64,000 nucleotides of DNA from Akkermansiaceae bacterium (GCA_021200315.1 JAJQGU010000051.1:3474-67473); one strand, 5' to 3'. Shown: positions 9,701-18,661, counted from the stretch's first letter. Made by a program: numbers and translations. Notes: a model not told the origin generated them from the letters alone.

Positions 9701-10750
9701 TCATTCGCACAGGGTCTGCCAATGGGGGTCTTTGCGGGCGAGGAAGCAGAGGGCGATCTGTTCCTTGGTATTCCGGTTGACGGAAAGAGGTGCTGGAAGG
9801 GAGTCCAGGGAGAAGTAGCCGGAGGCGTCCGTTTCGAGACTGGGCGCGAAGCGGCCTTCCGCGGCTTCACAGATCATGAACGCCTTGGCGATGCCGTAGG
9901 CGAAGGGCGGCACGTTGTGGCGGTTGCGGTCGAGCAGAGCCACGAACTTGCCGGGAACGACGTCGAGCCCGGCTTCTTCGCGGACTTCCTTGACGAGGTT
10001 TTCTGCGACGCTGAGGTTGGAATCGACCCAACCGCCGGGGAGGGACCAGGTGCCGTCGGAGCGTTCTCGGACGAGGAGGATGCGGCCGGCGGCGTCGAAA
10101 ACGGCGGCGCGGGAATCGAGTTTCGGAGTGGGGTAGCCCTCTTCATTGCAGAAGAGCCCGGAGACTGTTTCGGTGCTGAGGCCGGCCTCTTCGCCGAGCA
10201 TCTCGGCGGCCATGCGCCGCAGGCGGCGGAAGCGGTCGATGTCGAACGGATCGCGGCTGTAGGCAAGCCCGGCCTGAGCGATCATCTGCAATTCGAAGAT
10301 GCGGTCGAGATACCGGTCGCGGGCGGGTGCGGGATTCAGCACTGCGAGCAGATCCGAGGGACGCTCGAAGCGGTAGTCGGCCAGCGGTACGGAATCGCCG
10401 GCGCACCAGGCGGCCAGACCGAATGCGGCTCCCGCTTCGGCGGCGCGGGATGCGTCGGAAAGCGAGGAGCCGATGAACAGGCTGCCGCCGGGGCGGGCTC
10501 CGAGGCGCTCCATGCAGGCGGGAAGGAGACGTCCGTCGGGAACCTCGTCTCCGCAGACGATCGCGCCAAAATAGATGTCGAGGCCGAGCGGTGCAAAGTC
10601 CGTCTCATGCTCGCGGCGCTGGCGGCGGGTGAGTGCTCCAAGGCCGACGCCATGCGCCGCGAGAATCTGGATGAGAGAGCGTTCGCCAGGCGCGGGCATG
10701 CGGGAGGCGGCGAGGGAAGTGTCGAGATTGAAGATGATGTGACGGTACAT
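9701..10750 (-). CDS. HAD-like domain fused to NUDIX hydrolase
   Basis: The N-terminal ~135 aa are phosphoglycolate-phosphatase-like, with motif I reading FNLDTS. The C-terminal part has a NUDIX N-terminal helical domain plus a NUDIX box GGWVDSNLSVAENLVKEVREEAGL. Confidence 0.75.
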   Translation of the reverse strand: MYRHIIFNLDTSLAASRMPAPGERSLIQILAAHGVGLGALTRRQRREHETDFAPLGLDIYFGAIVCGDEVPDGRLLPACMERLGARPGGSLFIGSSLSDASRAAEAGAAFGLAAWCAGDSVPLADYRFERPSDLLAVLNPAPARDRYLDRIFELQMIAQAGLAYSRDPFDIDRFRRLRRMAAEMLGEEAGLSTETVSGLFCNEEGYPTPKLDSRAAVFDAAGRILLVRERSDGTWSLPGGWVDSNLSVAENLVKEVREEAGLDVVPGKFVALLDRNRHNVPPFAYGIAKAFMICEAAEGRFAPSLETDASGYFSLDSLPAPLSVNRNTKEQIALCFLARKDPHWQTLCE

Positions 10751-10765
10751 GGGCGAAGAGGAAAT

Positions 10766-13204
10766 TCAGGGAAGAGGAGAGGGCGGGCCTGCGCGGACGA
10801 TGCGCCCGCCCCGGGCGCCGGAGCCGGGTCCCATCTCGACGAGGTAATCCGCACGTTCGAGGATGCCGGAATGGTGTTCGATGCAGAGAATGGTGTGGCC
10901 AGCGCCGCGCAAGGCGTAGATGGCCTTGAGCAGGAGGTCGATCTCGGCGAAATGCAGGCCGGCGCTCGGTTCATCGAGAATGAAGAGAATGCCGCCTGCC
11001 CGCGCCGTCCCGCGTACGGAGGGCGATTGGGCGAGATGCGGGGCGAGCTTGACGCGCTGAGCCTCTCCGCCGGAGAGGGTGGCAGAGGGGCGGTCGAGCT
11101 GCATGTAGCCGAGCCCGAGATCGCGCAGACTGCGAAGCAGGGCGGCGGCCTTGGGGAGGTTTTCCAGAAAGTCCAGCGCCTCGTCCACCGTGAGCGCGAG
11201 CAGTTCGGCAATGGATTTCCCGCGCCAAGTGACTTCGAGCGTTTCGCGGTTGTAACGGCGGCCGCGGCAGGCGTCGCACTCGGTGCGGATGTCTGCCAGG
11301 AAGTCCATGTCGATTTCCAGCATTCCCGTGCCGCCGCAGCGTTCGCAGCGGCCTCCCCGCACGTTGGTGGAAAAGCGCGAGGGCGTATAACCCCGCTGTC
11401 TTGAGAGAGGAAGGGAGGCGTAGAGATGCCGGAGCACGTCGAGCAGCCCCGTGGCTGTGGCCGGAGTGGAGCGCGGCGACGAGCCGATGGGCGATTGATC
11501 CGCCACCACGGCGCGTCGGAGGGCGTCACCTCCCTCGAGCCTTCCCTCGCGCAGAGCGGGCAGCAGACAGTCGTGCACGAGAGAGGACTTGCCCGAGCCG
11601 CCCGGACCGGAAAGGCAAGTGAAGGCTCCGAGGGGAAAGCGAAACTCGACGCCCTTCAGATTGTGCGCGCGGGCACGGCGCAGCACTGCCCAGGGCAGGC
11701 GGCCGAGATCGATCGGGACGGGAGCTGCGAGGCGCCGTCGCCCGGAAAGCCACGCGCCCGAGGGCGAGTCGGGGTTTTCCGCCACTTCCCGGAAAGATCC
11801 TTGGGCGACGACGCGCCCCCCTTCCGGGCCTGAGCCGGGTCCCATCTCCACGAGATGATCCGCCGCCGCGAGAACGAGCGGATCATGCTCGACGATGAGA
11901 ATGGTGTTTCCCATGTCGCGCAGAGAGCGGAGAGAACGCAGAAGCCGTTCCGTTTCGCGGGGGTGCAGTCCTATTGTCGGCTCGTCGAGAATGTAGAGCG
12001 TGCCGGCGAGGCCGCCGCCCAGCTGTCCTGCGAGACGAGCCCGCTGCAGCTCGCCGCCGGAGAGTGTTTCGACGGTGCGGTCGAGCGAGAGGTAGTCCAG
12101 CCCCAGTTCTTGGAGGCATTTGAGGCGCTTGTCGAGCTCGGCCGTCACTTGGGCGATTAAGGGTGCGAGCGGCGGGGAAATGGACAGAGCCGGAAGCAGC
12201 TCTCTGTTCTCCGCGATGCTTTTGCGGCAGAACTCCGCCAAGTTGAGCTCGAGCTTCCCCCATTGCAGGGTGACGGCGAGGATGACGGGACTCAGACGCA
12301 GACCGCGGCAGGCCGGGCAAGGACTTTCCTTCCGTCCCCGGACGAGGCGGCCGAGGCCGGCGCAGGCGGGGCACGCCCCTACGAGGGAGTCATACGAAAA
12401 ACTCTTCGGCGACAGCTCCGGAAGCACGAAGCCTGTTTCGCGGTTGCGGTAGCGGGTATGGAAGGAAAGTTCCTCGGCTTCTCCGCCCGGCTTCTGAACG
12501 AGAAAGCGCACTTCGTCCGGACAGATCTTGAGGGCTGTTTGGAGGGAATCCGCCAGGCGCGCCTCCGCCGACGGACGGACGACCAGGCGGTCGATCACAA
12601 GCTCGAAACGGCGCGGAGACGCCGAAGGGAGCACCTCGTCGATCTCGAGGATCTCCCCGTCCACTCGTACGCGCAGAAAACCCTGCCGCCGCAGTTCGCG
12701 GAGATCGGCTTCGGGATCGTCCGCGGCAAAGGCGGGGGGCAGGGGAGCCAGAAGCGTGAGGCGGGTGCCCTCGGGCAGGGCGTGCATCTGCCGTGCGATC
12801 TCGTCGGGGCTCCGTTTTGTCAGCGGGACTCCCGTGACAGGATCATGCGGTATGCCGATGGCCGCATAGATGATGCGCAGATAATCCAGCGTCTCCGTCA
12901 GGGAGCCCAACGAGGTGCGGCCGGGGCCGGCGGCCGCGTGCTGCCCGAGACAGAGCGCGGGCGGCAAGCCGGTGATGGAGTCAAACGCGGGCTTGTCCGG
13001 CTTTGAGAGCAACTGGCGTGCGCGCGGCGAGAGGCAGTCCAGAAAGCGCCTGCGCGATTCGGCGAAGAGGACGTCGTGAGCCAGAGTGGATTTTCCCGAA
13101 CCCGAGGGACCCAGCAGGGCGATGATCTTTCCCCGCGGCAGATCGAGGTCGATGTGCTGCAGATAGTGCTGGGCGGCGCCGCGGATGTGGATGTACGAGT
13201 CCAT
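10766..13204 (-). CDS. UvrA-like double ABC ATPase (short paralogue, 812 aa)
   Basis: Two Walker A motifs (GPSGSGKST, GPGGSGKSS) and two ABC signatures (LSGGELQR, LSGGEAQR). The UvrA-type CxxC pairs CPAC..CPAC and CERC..CDAC are present. It is collinear with UvrA but about 130 aa shorter. Confidence 0.85.
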   Translation of the reverse strand: MDSYIHIRGAAQHYLQHIDLDLPRGKIIALLGPSGSGKSTLAHDVLFAESRRRFLDCLSPRARQLLSKPDKPAFDSITGLPPALCLGQHAAAGPGRTSLGSLTETLDYLRIIYAAIGIPHDPVTGVPLTKRSPDEIARQMHALPEGTRLTLLAPLPPAFAADDPEADLRELRRQGFLRVRVDGEILEIDEVLPSASPRRFELVIDRLVVRPSAEARLADSLQTALKICPDEVRFLVQKPGGEAEELSFHTRYRNRETGFVLPELSPKSFSYDSLVGACPACAGLGRLVRGRKESPCPACRGLRLSPVILAVTLQWGKLELNLAEFCRKSIAENRELLPALSISPPLAPLIAQVTAELDKRLKCLQELGLDYLSLDRTVETLSGGELQRARLAGQLGGGLAGTLYILDEPTIGLHPRETERLLRSLRSLRDMGNTILIVEHDPLVLAAADHLVEMGPGSGPEGGRVVAQGSFREVAENPDSPSGAWLSGRRRLAAPVPIDLGRLPWAVLRRARAHNLKGVEFRFPLGAFTCLSGPGGSGKSSLVHDCLLPALREGRLEGGDALRRAVVADQSPIGSSPRSTPATATGLLDVLRHLYASLPLSRQRGYTPSRFSTNVRGGRCERCGGTGMLEIDMDFLADIRTECDACRGRRYNRETLEVTWRGKSIAELLALTVDEALDFLENLPKAAALLRSLRDLGLGYMQLDRPSATLSGGEAQRVKLAPHLAQSPSVRGTARAGGILFILDEPSAGLHFAEIDLLLKAIYALRGAGHTILCIEHHSGILERADYLVEMGPGSGARGGRIVRAGPPSPLP

Positions 13205-13207
13205 GTC

Positions 13208-13903
13208 TCACTGTCGGGGAAGATGTCCGCGGTGGACGCCCCCGGGGCGGACGGTCAGAGCGCCCGCTTTCACGTCGCCCAGGAAGACGCCCGTCTCGGC
13301 GACGGTGATTGATCCCGTGGCTTCAAGCTTGCCTTCGAGCGTGCCCTCGATTACGGCGTTATGCACCATGACTGCCTTGCGGAAAACGGCGTGGGATTTT
13401 TCTCTGAGGCGGAGCGTGTGCGCCCGGACGGCTCCTGAGACGGCGGTTTTCGAATGAATGTCCAGCACGCCGGAGCAGACGAAGTTCCCCGATGCGGTGC
13501 CTTTCATCAGGAGGTTGTGGCAATGAATGTCCAGATGGGAGAGAACGGCGTTGGGGTGGATGGTCACATCCCCTTGGGTGTATACCCGCGTCTTGGATGA
13601 ACCGGGGAAGAGGCTCACATCCCCCATTGCGAGATGGACCCGGCAGTGGATGCAGTGCGCCGACAAGGCCGCCGCCGGCACTTCGGAGACGCGTCCGCAC
13701 ACGTGGCAAACCACACTGCGCGTGGGAATGACGGAAGTGCGGGACAGCGCGGCGCCTCCGGCGTCTGATCCGATCAAGGAGCCGAGCGCCCGCCGTCCGG
13801 AGGGCTCTTCCGTCATGACCGGTTCCGGGTGAAACGAAGGCTCTGCGTCCATGGGGGTTCTTAGGTGAAGACGCCCCGGCGCACCGAACTCGTAAAACGG
13901 CAA
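13208..13903 (-). CDS. bactofilin-like protein with N-terminal zinc ribbon
   Basis: CHVC-x15-CIHC is followed by a repetitive beta-helix-type bactofilin core (GDVTIHPNAVL..GTASGNFVCSGVLDIHSKTAVSGAV..NAVIEGTLEGKLEATGSITVAETGVFLGDVKAGALTV). The stop lies 3 nt before the UvrA-like start. Confidence 0.7.
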   Translation of the reverse strand: MPFYEFGAPGRLHLRTPMDAEPSFHPEPVMTEEPSGRRALGSLIGSDAGGAALSRTSVIPTRSVVCHVCGRVSEVPAAALSAHCIHCRVHLAMGDVSLFPGSSKTRVYTQGDVTIHPNAVLSHLDIHCHNLLMKGTASGNFVCSGVLDIHSKTAVSGAVRAHTLRLREKSHAVFRKAVMVHNAVIEGTLEGKLEATGSITVAETGVFLGDVKAGALTVRPGGVHRGHLPRQ

Positions 13904-13971
13904 ATCGCCCTGAAAAGAACGATCTGCATGACGGATACGGGCGCGCTCGCCCAGGAGGGAAAGGCCGGAAG

Positions 13972-14571
13972 TCAGGCCAGAAGATCAGGTGCTGCGGAAG
14001 CTTTCTTGGCAGGCTTCTTCTCTGCCTTGGCCGCGCCGGGGATGGCCATGCCCGCCACATTGCCGACAGTCGAACGGCCGATGAACACGGCGCCGGCCTG
14101 GACGGAAAGAGTAGCGGCGACGACGTCTCCGACGAGCTTGGCTGTTTGGGAGAGTTCCACGCGGTCGGTGACGGTCACATTGCCGGTCACTTCACCGTGG
14201 ATGATGGCGGACTTCGTCTTGATCTCCGCCTGAATGCTGGCGTTGGCGCCCACCGTCAGCACGCCGTCCGAAAAGATTTCGCCTTCCACGTTGCCGTCGA
14301 TGAGGAGGTCGTCCGTGAAGCGGAGCGTGCCCACCACGGAGACATCTTGGTTGAGGACATTGCGCACGGAACCAGCTGCCGGAGAAGATTCCGGAGTTTC
14401 CGCAGCGATGCCGCCAGCGTAGTCCGTCGGCGCTTGGGCGGAAGGAAAGAGGTTGTCCGGGTCGGAGACGCCGGTGTCGATGGGATCGGTGGAGCTCCAA
14501 TTTGGGAAGCCCTGTTTGTCGTTGAGAGAGGGAATGTGCTCGGATTCCGTTTTTTTGTAGTTATTGAACAT
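13972..14571 (-). CDS. bactofilin
   Basis: Classic DUF583/bactofilin core: VSVVGTLRFTDDLLIDGNVEGEIFSDGVLTVGANASIQAEIKTKSAIIHGEVTGNVTVTDRVELSQTAKLVGDVVAATLSVQAGAVFIG. Confidence 0.8.
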   Translation of the reverse strand: MFNNYKKTESEHIPSLNDKQGFPNWSSTDPIDTGVSDPDNLFPSAQAPTDYAGGIAAETPESSPAAGSVRNVLNQDVSVVGTLRFTDDLLIDGNVEGEIFSDGVLTVGANASIQAEIKTKSAIIHGEVTGNVTVTDRVELSQTAKLVGDVVAATLSVQAGAVFIGRSTVGNVAGMAIPGAAKAEKKPAKKASAAPDLLA

Positions 14572-14908
14572 ATGAGTGCCGATTTAGAAAGTTGCCGGTG
14601 AAAGACCCGTTACGCACGGATAGTAGCCTGCCCGCCGCCGATTTGTCCATTCGAAAAAGCGTCAGACTCGAAAAAAACGCGGGTTCCTTTCCCATACAAC
14701 CCGTCCCGAAGTCTTTGCCGGGAAAATGAATATTCTCGAAGTTGACTGACGATAAATAGTGAATAAAGCGATTCCCCTCATCTTTTCTGGATGCGCCTTC
14801 GCTTCCCGAATTCATGATCGCTCCTCCCCCTCGCAGCTGAAACGCAGAAAGTCAGTCCACGTTGCGCGATTTGCAGATGCCTCCGGCAGATGTACCGGTG
14901 GTGCAGCG

Positions 14909-15362
14909 TCACTTCGCCGTCACCTTCTTCGTGCAGCTGCGCCCCATGCAGTCGCAGGCGTACGCGTAGTCGTCGCTCCCGAGCACTGCCTCCGTCAACT
15001 CCGAGCGGCCGTTGTGCGTGAACGTGTCCTCCCGCGTTCCTCCCTGCCTCGCCGGCTTCCGCGTCAGCGGCCTTCCCAGCGTATCATAAGCGCAGTTCCG
15101 GATCACCACCCCCGTCGTCCCCCGCCTGTAGGTCATTTCCGCGGGCAGATCGCGCTTCTCCTCATAGCTCTGCGTCAGCGTCATCCCGTTGGGCATCGTC
15201 AGCGTCTCCAGAAGATTCGTCCCTGCCAGAAGCCGTACGAGAACTCCTTCTCCCCGTCCCCGTGCGCGAACCCCGCCGCGCTGACGCGCCCGTCCTCCCC
15301 GTACTTCGTAAAGACCGCGTGCAGCTTCTCTCCGTTTCATAGCTCGCCGTACTCGTTTCAGC
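14909..15362 (-). pseudogene. RHS/YD-repeat protein fragment (in-frame stop plus frameshift)
   Basis: YD repeats are present in two frames. One frame gives NEYGEL*NGEKLHAVFTKYGEDGRVSAAGFAHGDGEKEFSYGF. After a shift near 15215, the other gives TLTMPNGMTLTQSYEE..MTYRRGTTGVVIRNCAYDTLGRPLTR. There is no N-terminus and no C-terminal toxin tip. Confidence 0.6.
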
Positions 15363-15560
15363 AGAAATTATTTATTCATTAAGATGAAATATTATTGTCT
15401 GGGAATATTGACTTCATTATACAGGACTCGGTTTTTAAAAGAAGCCGATAAAATTCCATAACGCCATGCCTGAAAGCAACTTTCCAATACAACAAAACAA
15501 AACTTAAAAATCCTGAGAAACAGTTATTTAAGCCGTTTTCAAAACATATTAAATATAAAT

Positions 15561-15947
15561 TTAAAGAGATTTCCTTTTTTGTAGCCAGCGAATACCTATA
15601 TATTTTAAAACTTTATTTACTGCGCCTCCATATTTATATTCATAATATTTTCCCCCATATCTGGATATTGGATAGATAATACGATCAAAAAAATCAACAT
15701 GAAAGTCCATAGATATATTCACATTAATTCTTGTTAAAATACAATTAATTTCATCAATATTTTCTTTTGTGACAATAATATCAATATCCTCGTTTTCAAG
15801 TGAAAAAAGAACATGTTGATTGCTGTCAATATCTAGACTATCATTCTCCCAGTACTCAACAATATAATTTATTTTCTCGTTCTTGATTTTATTAATTACC
15901 CATTCTCCTGCCTCAGATCCGGCTACTGCAACAAGAAACGCTCCCAT
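15561..15947 (-). CDS. hypothetical protein in AT-rich cassette (possible orphan immunity-type gene)
   Basis: A 128-aa ORF rich in Asn/Ile/Asp/Glu is the only ORF in the AT-rich block at about 15363-15940. No family recognised. Confidence 0.45.
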   Translation of the reverse strand: MGAFLVAVAGSEAGEWVINKIKNEKINYIVEYWENDSLDIDSNQHVLFSLENEDIDIIVTKENIDEINCILTRINVNISMDFHVDFFDRIIYPISRYGGKYYEYKYGGAVNKVLKYIGIRWLQKRKSL

Positions 15948-16166
15948 AGCTACCGTAACATGACATATGAATTTCCCCCTCGCACACCCCGCCGCCCATG
16001 AAAACGACAGAAAAGGCCGCCGTCAAGAGTATACAAAAATTGGAGGCACGGAAGCACCCCCGGCCGGTGTGAGGATAGAAATCAAACAATCCGCCTCCTT
16101 GGATGCTTGTGCCGCGGCCTTTTCTCCACCTCTTGTCACGTCGGGATGCCGGCGGATGATGGATTA

Positions 16167-16640
16167 TTACCCCGCGTAGTCTGGCTCGATTTCGACGACC
16201 ATGCTGATTTCCACGGCGACGTTGAGGGGCAGAGCGGCCACGCCTACGGCGGAGCGGGTGTGGGCGGCTTCTGGGCCGAAAAGCTCTACGAGCAGATCCG
16301 ACGCGCCGTTCAGCACCTTGGCCTGATCCGTGAAATCCGGGGAAGAATTGACAAATCCGTTCACAGCCACGATTTTGGTGAGACGTTCGAAGCCGCCGAG
16401 TTCATGCTGGATGACGGCGAGTCTGTTCAGGATCGCGGCGGCGGCTGCTTTTTGAGCCGTGGCGAGGTCGACCTCGGTGCCGACTTTGCCGTAGTAGGCA
16501 TCATCCCCGTTGACGGAAATGCCGCCTGAGAGGTGGAGTTGGTTGCCCGATTGGAGGCACTGCACGTAGGAGCCGACGGGGGCGGGGGGCGGATTCAGCT
16601 TGAGACCTTTGGCTTGGAGTACATCGTTGTTCAGGATCAT
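16167..16640 (-). CDS. ridA: RidA/YjgF-family enamine/imine deaminase-like protein
   Basis: 157 aa with YjgF/RidA-like pattern: LHLSGGISVNGD..GKVG, AAAAAILN, VNGFVNSSPDF..VLNGASDLL, RSAVGVAALPLNVAVEI. Confidence 0.8.
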   Translation of the reverse strand: MILNNDVLQAKGLKLNPPPAPVGSYVQCLQSGNQLHLSGGISVNGDDAYYGKVGTEVDLATAQKAAAAAILNRLAVIQHELGGFERLTKIVAVNGFVNSSPDFTDQAKVLNGASDLLVELFGPEAAHTRSAVGVAALPLNVAVEISMVVEIEPDYAG

Positions 16641-16703
16641 GGCGCGACAATTCTACACCTGATGGGCGCGGATGCAAGGAGGAACAGAGACATGCCGAAT
16701 GGC

Positions 16704-17624
16704 TCAGCCGCAGGCGGCGCGGATGCGCTCGATCTGCCCGGGCGACATGCAGGCCTCCAGGCGGGGCAGGATGCGCCGGAAATATTCCGACCGGCTCCAG
16801 CCGTGAAGGATCTGGGGCGAGGGGTTTTTGAAGCGCCAGGCGGGCAGGGGCAGGACGAGGTCGATCACCTGCTCGACGGCGGGAAGGATGCGGCAGAAGG
16901 CCGCACATATGTCCTCCGTCAGTTCGGGGCGGAGTTCCGAACAGGAAAGCAGCCACTCGCCGCTCAAGCTGTTGGGGGTGGTGTCGAGCTCGCGGAGCGT
17001 CTGTGAGAGCTTTTCCCGGGAAGCCGGGACGATGAGTTCGAGAAGGTTGGGAAGGAGACGCCTGTCGCTCAGACTGAGCAGAGCGTCCGCCAAGGGAGTG
17101 GACGACGGAAGCTCCCGCCGCACGGGGAGGAGAAAGAGACTCTTCACCTCGGACACGCCGCGAAATGGATCCTTCTCGTCGGGCGGAGTGAGCGTGGCGA
17201 TCCGGAAGGCCGCCTGCCGCCGAATCTCAGCCTCCGGATCGGCCAGGGCAAAACAGGACAGAGCCCGCCAGCCGTCCCCCTGCCTCTGCGCGATGAAGTC
17301 AGAAAGCTGGGAGAGCGTACGCTGCCGGATGACAGGCGAGGAATGGGCGGCGAAGCGGGGATAGATCTCGAGGCTGTAATCTAGGTTGCTCTCGTCGTTG
17401 CAGGTGGCCAGCCCGTAGGAAATCATGGCCAGCGGCCATTGCGAGCCGCCGATTTCATCGACTCGCACGGGATCCTGCACCAAGGCGGCCAAGCGTTTCA
17501 GCTCCGAGAGAGAATCCGTTTGATCTTGAAATAAGCCCATGCGCCTATCATGCCTGTTCTGCGCCATTGTGCAAGCATAAAGGATGCCCTGGTCGTTGAC
17601 AAAACTGCTCGAGGATGTTAGCAT
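16704..17624 (-). CDS. hypothetical all-alpha protein
   Basis: 306-aa ORF with helical-repeat-like composition and no recognised family. Its start is uncertain (ATGs at 17624, 17567, 17540) because the ORF start lies 5 bp from the divergent ATG at 17630. Confidence 0.5.
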   Translation of the reverse strand: MLTSSSSFVNDQGILYACTMAQNRHDRRMGLFQDQTDSLSELKRLAALVQDPVRVDEIGGSQWPLAMISYGLATCNDESNLDYSLEIYPRFAAHSSPVIRQRTLSQLSDFIAQRQGDGWRALSCFALADPEAEIRRQAAFRIATLTPPDEKDPFRGVSEVKSLFLLPVRRELPSSTPLADALLSLSDRRLLPNLLELIVPASREKLSQTLRELDTTPNSLSGEWLLSCSELRPELTEDICAAFCRILPAVEQVIDLVLPLPAWRFKNPSPQILHGWSRSEYFRRILPRLEACMSPGQIERIRAACG

Positions 17625-17629
17625 GAGCC

Positions 17630-18655
17630 ATGGACTGGTGCGCAGCCATGGTGAAGAGGATGTTGAAACACCCTGATTTTCTGTTGTTCATACTGGCGGC
17701 AACGTCTCTTGTGTGCCTCGGGAGGGGGCTTTCGCCCTCATCGGGAGAGTGGAACGAGGGCGCGGCTGAGGCTGTCGCCGCAGAGCCCCCCGAAAAGCCG
17801 GCGGGGAAGCGCGTGAAGGTTCCCGCACCGGGCGAGCCCGTGCGCTTTCTCATGTTCAATGTCCAAAATTATTTCGTGCCTGAGGATGCTCGGCGAAGCA
17901 CGTACAGGATCAATTACAAATCACGAGAAAAAAAGGAGGCTGTGGCGGATCTGATCGCCTCCCGAAAGCCGGACGTGGTGGGTCTCATCGAAATGGGAGG
18001 CACGGAAGCTCTGAATGATCTGGCCGTCAGACTGGAGAAGCGCGGGCTCTCTTACCAGGAACGTTTCGTGCTGGAGCGCCCCGGGGAGGAACGCGCACTG
18101 GCTGTTCTGTCGCGTCTGCCCCTGGCGCGGAATGACTCGAAGGCGAACTATCCCCTGTATGGAGAGCGCAATCGCTGTATGTTGAGAGGTATACTTGACG
18201 TGACTGTGAAGGCGGAAGACGGACGCCTTTTCCGCATTGTGGGAGTACACTTGAAATCGAAGGTTTCCGACGACCAAGCGGCCGCCGACAGCCTCCGGAG
18301 GCGCGAGGCAGATACCTTGGCTCGCTATCTGCACCAAGCACAGCGGGAAAGGCCGGGGCTGCCCATGCTCGTGTTCGGCGATTTCAACGACACGCCCTCC
18401 AGCCCGGCCGTGCAGACGGTGGCGCGGGGTGTGAACGGAAAGAGCGCCATGACTCGTCTCTCCCCCGAGGACGGCAGCGGTGCCGGGTGGACGCTCTATT
18501 ACAGAAATGAAGACACCTACAGCGCCTTTGACCATATTTTCATCAACAAGACTCTCTCTTCCAGAGTGAAGGGCCGCCCCCTCTCGGGCGTAGTGGAAAC
18601 CGAGCCGAAAAATTCTCCCAGCGACCACCGTGCGCTGTGGTGCGAGCTGAAGTGA
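17630..18655 (+). CDS. endonuclease/exonuclease/phosphatase (EEP) family protein with signal peptide
   Basis: FLMFNVQNYF, VVGLIEMGG, VGVHLKS, VFGDFND and a terminal SDHRALWCEL fit the EEP fold. The N-terminus MLKHPDFLLFILAATSLVCLG is signal-like. Confidence 0.8.
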   Translation: MDWCAAMVKRMLKHPDFLLFILAATSLVCLGRGLSPSSGEWNEGAAEAVAAEPPEKPAGKRVKVPAPGEPVRFLMFNVQNYFVPEDARRSTYRINYKSREKKEAVADLIASRKPDVVGLIEMGGTEALNDLAVRLEKRGLSYQERFVLERPGEERALAVLSRLPLARNDSKANYPLYGERNRCMLRGILDVTVKAEDGRLFRIVGVHLKSKVSDDQAAADSLRRREADTLARYLHQAQRERPGLPMLVFGDFNDTPSSPAVQTVARGVNGKSAMTRLSPEDGSGAGWTLYYRNEDTYSAFDHIFINKTLSSRVKGRPLSGVVETEPKNSPSDHRALWCELK

Positions 18656-18661
18656 AAATCC

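Noticed and set aside
9620-11529. A 594-aa plus-strand ORF and a 397-aa alternate-frame minus-strand ORF over the NUDIX and UvrA-like genes.
   Set aside because: They are shadow ORFs of low complexity (Ala/Gly/Arg/Pro/Ser-rich). They overlap genes with clear Walker, ABC-signature and NUDIX motifs.
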